Origin: Dongiaceae bacterium
Lineage (GTDB): Bacteria > Pseudomonadota > Alphaproteobacteria > Dongiales > Dongiaceae
Direction of reading: 5' to 3'
Length of the DNA stretch: 55,459 nucleotides
Assembly: GCA_040902645.1 (NCBI GenBank)
Contig: JBBDWW010000005.1
Span: 1 to 55,459 of the forward strand
Positions 53,284 to 55,459 of the stretch are shown here, piece after piece. Positions within the stretch are counted from its first letter, which is position 1; the number at the start of each line of letters is the position of its first letter. Under the pieces are notes generated by a model. It saw only the letters and a list, made by a program, of their open reading frames with translations, searched no databases and was not told the DNA's origin. Made by a program: the position numbers and the translations under genes.

Positions 53284-55459
53284 CTATTTATCGAGCACCG
53301 CACGGATCGCGTTGGCTAGTTCCTTCTTGCGGAACGGCTTGCTCAGGATCGGCACATCGGAAAGATCGAGCCCGCTGGCAGTCAGGGCATTGGTCGGATA
53401 ACCGGACATATAGAGCACGCGCACATCCGGCACGAGTTCGCCGGCTTTCCTGCCGACATCGATGCCGGTCATGCCGCCCGGCATGACCATATCGGTAAGC
53501 ACCAGATCGATCCGACCGGCATTCTGCAGCATGCCGATGGCAGCCGGTCCGTCGCCGGCTTCGAGTACCAGGTATTTCAGACTGCGCAACTGCTCGACCG
53601 TCACCTCGCGTACCCGCTCGTCGTCTTCGACGACGAGGATAACTTCTTTGTCGCCGACCGCGGGAATGTCTTCGGGAATGACGCGCACGATCGGCGCGGT
53701 CTCGGCAACCGGCAGATAGAGCCGCACGGTCGTCCCGCACATCGTCTCGCTGTAGATTTTGACATGGCCGCCGGATTGCTTGGTAAAGCCATAAACCATG
53801 CTAAGGCCGAGTCCGCTGCCCTTGCCGATATCCTTGGTCGTAAAGAACGGGTCGAAGGCGCGATCGAGAACCTCGCGCGACATGCCGGTTCCGGTATCCG
53901 TCACGTCGATCATGACATAATTGCCCGGGATGACGCCGGGATTGCGGGTTTTATACTCGTCGTCGAGCACGATGTTCTGCGCTTCGATGGTGAGCGTGCC
54001 GCCATCGGGCATCGCATCGCGGGCATTGACCGCCAGATTGATCAACGCGTTCTCGAGCTGCTCCGGATCGGCACTGATCGCCCAGATTCCAGGCGCAATC
54101 GTGGTATGGATCTTGACGCTGGCATCGAGCGTGCGGGTGATGAGCGGCAGGAAATTGGCGATGGCACCGGTCAGTTCGATCGATTGCGGCCGCAGCACCT
54201 GGCGCCGGGCGAACGCGGACAGCCGATGCGTCAGGGCCGAACCGCTTTCCGCCGCGCGCGCGATCAGTTCCGCCATCCGACGCTGCTCCGGGCTATCCTT
54301 GAGTGCGTCGCTAAGCAACTCGCTGTTGCCCAAAATAATGCCGAGCAAATTGTTGAAGTCATGCGCAACGCCGCCGGTCAGCTGGCCGATTGCCTCCATC
54401 TTCAACGCCTGACGGAGCTGCGCCTCGATCTCGTGCTGCGCGGACATGTCCTTGATGAAACCACTGAATATGACCTCGTCGTCCATACGGATCGGCGAGA
54501 CCACGACTTCGGCAGGAAACTCCGTGCCATTACGACGCCGGGCAGTCATCTCGTTGCGTCGGCCGACGAATTCCGCCTGACCCGATTTGAGATACGCAGC
54601 GACACCGGCCAGGTATTTCGTGCGCATTTCCGCGGGAATGATCATGTCGGCCAGCGTTGATCCGATGGCCTCGTCGCGCGACCAGCCGAATATCGCTTCC
54701 GCCTGGGAATTCCATTCCATGATCGCGCCGCCGGCATCGATCATGACGAACGCATCGAGCGCGGTGTTGATCACCGATCGGTAAAGCTGCTCGCGGCGCT
54801 GCAGGGCGATTTCAGCCTCACGGCGCTCTGAAATGTCCTGAACGGTGCCATGGGTCACGATCGAATCGCCGTCGGGCGTGATCTCGTTCTCAGCGGTCTC
54901 GTAGATCGTCTTGACCGTTCCGTCGGCCGCGACGATCCGATATTCGAGCGCGTAGCCGAAGCCCACATCGCCGAAGACGTTCTGCACCTTGTCGCGATCG
55001 GGCGGATACACGAACCGTTTCAGATACTGGCCGTTCGATACGGAGAGTTCCAGCGCGGGGACACCGAAGATGGCCGCAGCGGAATCCGAGTATTCGGCCG
55101 TACCACCGAGCTTATGGATATCGCTCCCGCGGGCCCGCCAGATCCAGTGCCCGATTTTCGCCATGCGCTGGGCCCGGCGCATTCGCCCCTCGCTTTCGGC
55201 GAGCGCCTCCTGGATCCGCTGCCGGTCGGTGATATCGACATGCGTTGCCAACACCCGAAGGGGCGTGTCGGATTCGTCGCGAACGATACGACCCTTGGCG
55301 AGCATCCAGCGGAAGCTGCCGTCACGATGCTTGAGGCGAAACTCAGATTCGTACCGCGTTGTGGTGCCATCGAGGGCGGCATTCAGAAGATTGGTCACAC
55401 GCGACCGATCGGCCGGGTGCAATAACGATTCCCAGGCGCCGATACTGCTTTCCAGATCG
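53284..55459 (-). CDS. hybrid sensor histidine kinase (multiple PAS, HisKA, HATPase_c, REC); N-terminus lies beyond the window
   Basis: Track ORF 53284..55422. The frame stays open to the window end (..DLESSIGAWESLLHPADR..). The H-box is QLTGGVAHDFNNLL. ATPase motifs are NLAVNARDAMP, DTGTGM and GSGLGLS. The C-terminal REC has LVLTDMVMPG. Confidence 0.9.
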   Translation of the reverse strand, partial: DLESSIGAWESLLHPADRSRVTNLLNAALDGTTTRYESEFRLKHRDGSFRWMLAKGRIVRDESDTPLRVLATHVDITDRQRIQEALAESEGRMRRAQRMAKIGHWIWRARGSDIHKLGGTAEYSDSAAAIFGVPALELSVSNGQYLKRFVYPPDRDKVQNVFGDVGFGYALEYRIVAADGTVKTIYETAENEITPDGDSIVTHGTVQDISERREAEIALQRREQLYRSVINTALDAFVMIDAGGAIMEWNSQAEAIFGWSRDEAIGSTLADMIIPAEMRTKYLAGVAAYLKSGQAEFVGRRNEMTARRRNGTEFPAEVVVSPIRMDDEVIFSGFIKDMSAQHEIEAQLRQALKMEAIGQLTGGVAHDFNNLLGIILGNSELLSDALKDSPEQRRMAELIARAAESGSALTHRLSAFARRQVLRPQSIELTGAIANFLPLITRTLDASVKIHTTIAPGIWAISADPEQLENALINLAVNARDAMPDGGTLTIEAQNIVLDDEYKTRNPGVIPGNYVMIDVTDTGTGMSREVLDRAFDPFFTTKDIGKGSGLGLSMVYGFTKQSGGHVKIYSETMCGTTVRLYLPVAETAPIVRVIPEDIPAVGDKEVILVVEDDERVREVTVEQLRSLKYLVLEAGDGPAAIGMLQNAGRIDLVLTDMVMPGGMTGIDVGRKAGELVPDVRVLYMSGYPTNALTASGLDLSDVPILSKPFRKKELANAIRAVLDK

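Noticed and set aside
1-55459. Scan for tRNA/rRNA genes, CRISPR repeats, IS elements, integrases, phage genes and long direct or inverted repeats
   Set aside because: None was recognised. The only repeats are paralogous genes (two ANL ligases, the Crp/Fnr copies, and two PotD-like binding proteins). The scan was by eye, so short or degenerate elements could have been missed.

Overview
High-GC window of 55.5 kb, roughly two-thirds G+C by eye. It is densely coding, with about 50 CDS, and the gene content suggests an alphaproteobacterial chromosome (PhaR, TraI-like LuxI, many ABC systems). I found no rRNA, tRNA, CRISPR array, transposase or integrase. Many long ORFs in the track are Arg/Ala/Gly-rich antisense shadows of real genes and were discarded.

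Gene order:
- PHA module: phaA (partial), class-III-like phaC, a small upstream ORF, and divergent phaR.
- Acyl-CoA synthetase, ketopantoate-reductase-family gene and an MFS transporter.
- ECF sigma, anti-sigma and periplasmic sensor operon.
- Polyamine island: an orphan Tat-signal PotD-like binding protein, PotABCD-type genes and an ornithine-decarboxylase-like enzyme.
- SRPBCC protein, then a zinc-ribbon/cyclase/STAND/TPR protein.
- DJ-1 and SDR genes, and a PH-domain protein.
- Quorum-sensing locus: luxR, then luxI packed with a 95-aa orphan ORF, a P450, an MFS transporter and two paralogous adenylating enzymes.
- Rieske oxygenase, ABC-2 transporter and a BenE transporter.
- ATC-hydrolase-like gene plus a kinase/aminotransferase-fold fusion.
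- GT2 glycosyltransferase and two secreted acidic proteins.
- Peptide-type ABC operon ending in an FrhB-like gene.
- Divergent GT20 (OtsA-like) gene.
- Two Crp/Fnr paralogues with a truncated third copy, and a frameshifted VOC gene.
- NarL-type response regulator and a partial hybrid histidine kinase.

The most interesting candidate for an undescribed system is the luxI-linked operon at 22279..28997, read together with luxR. All functional calls rest on recognising motifs by eye in the translations. No database search was run.
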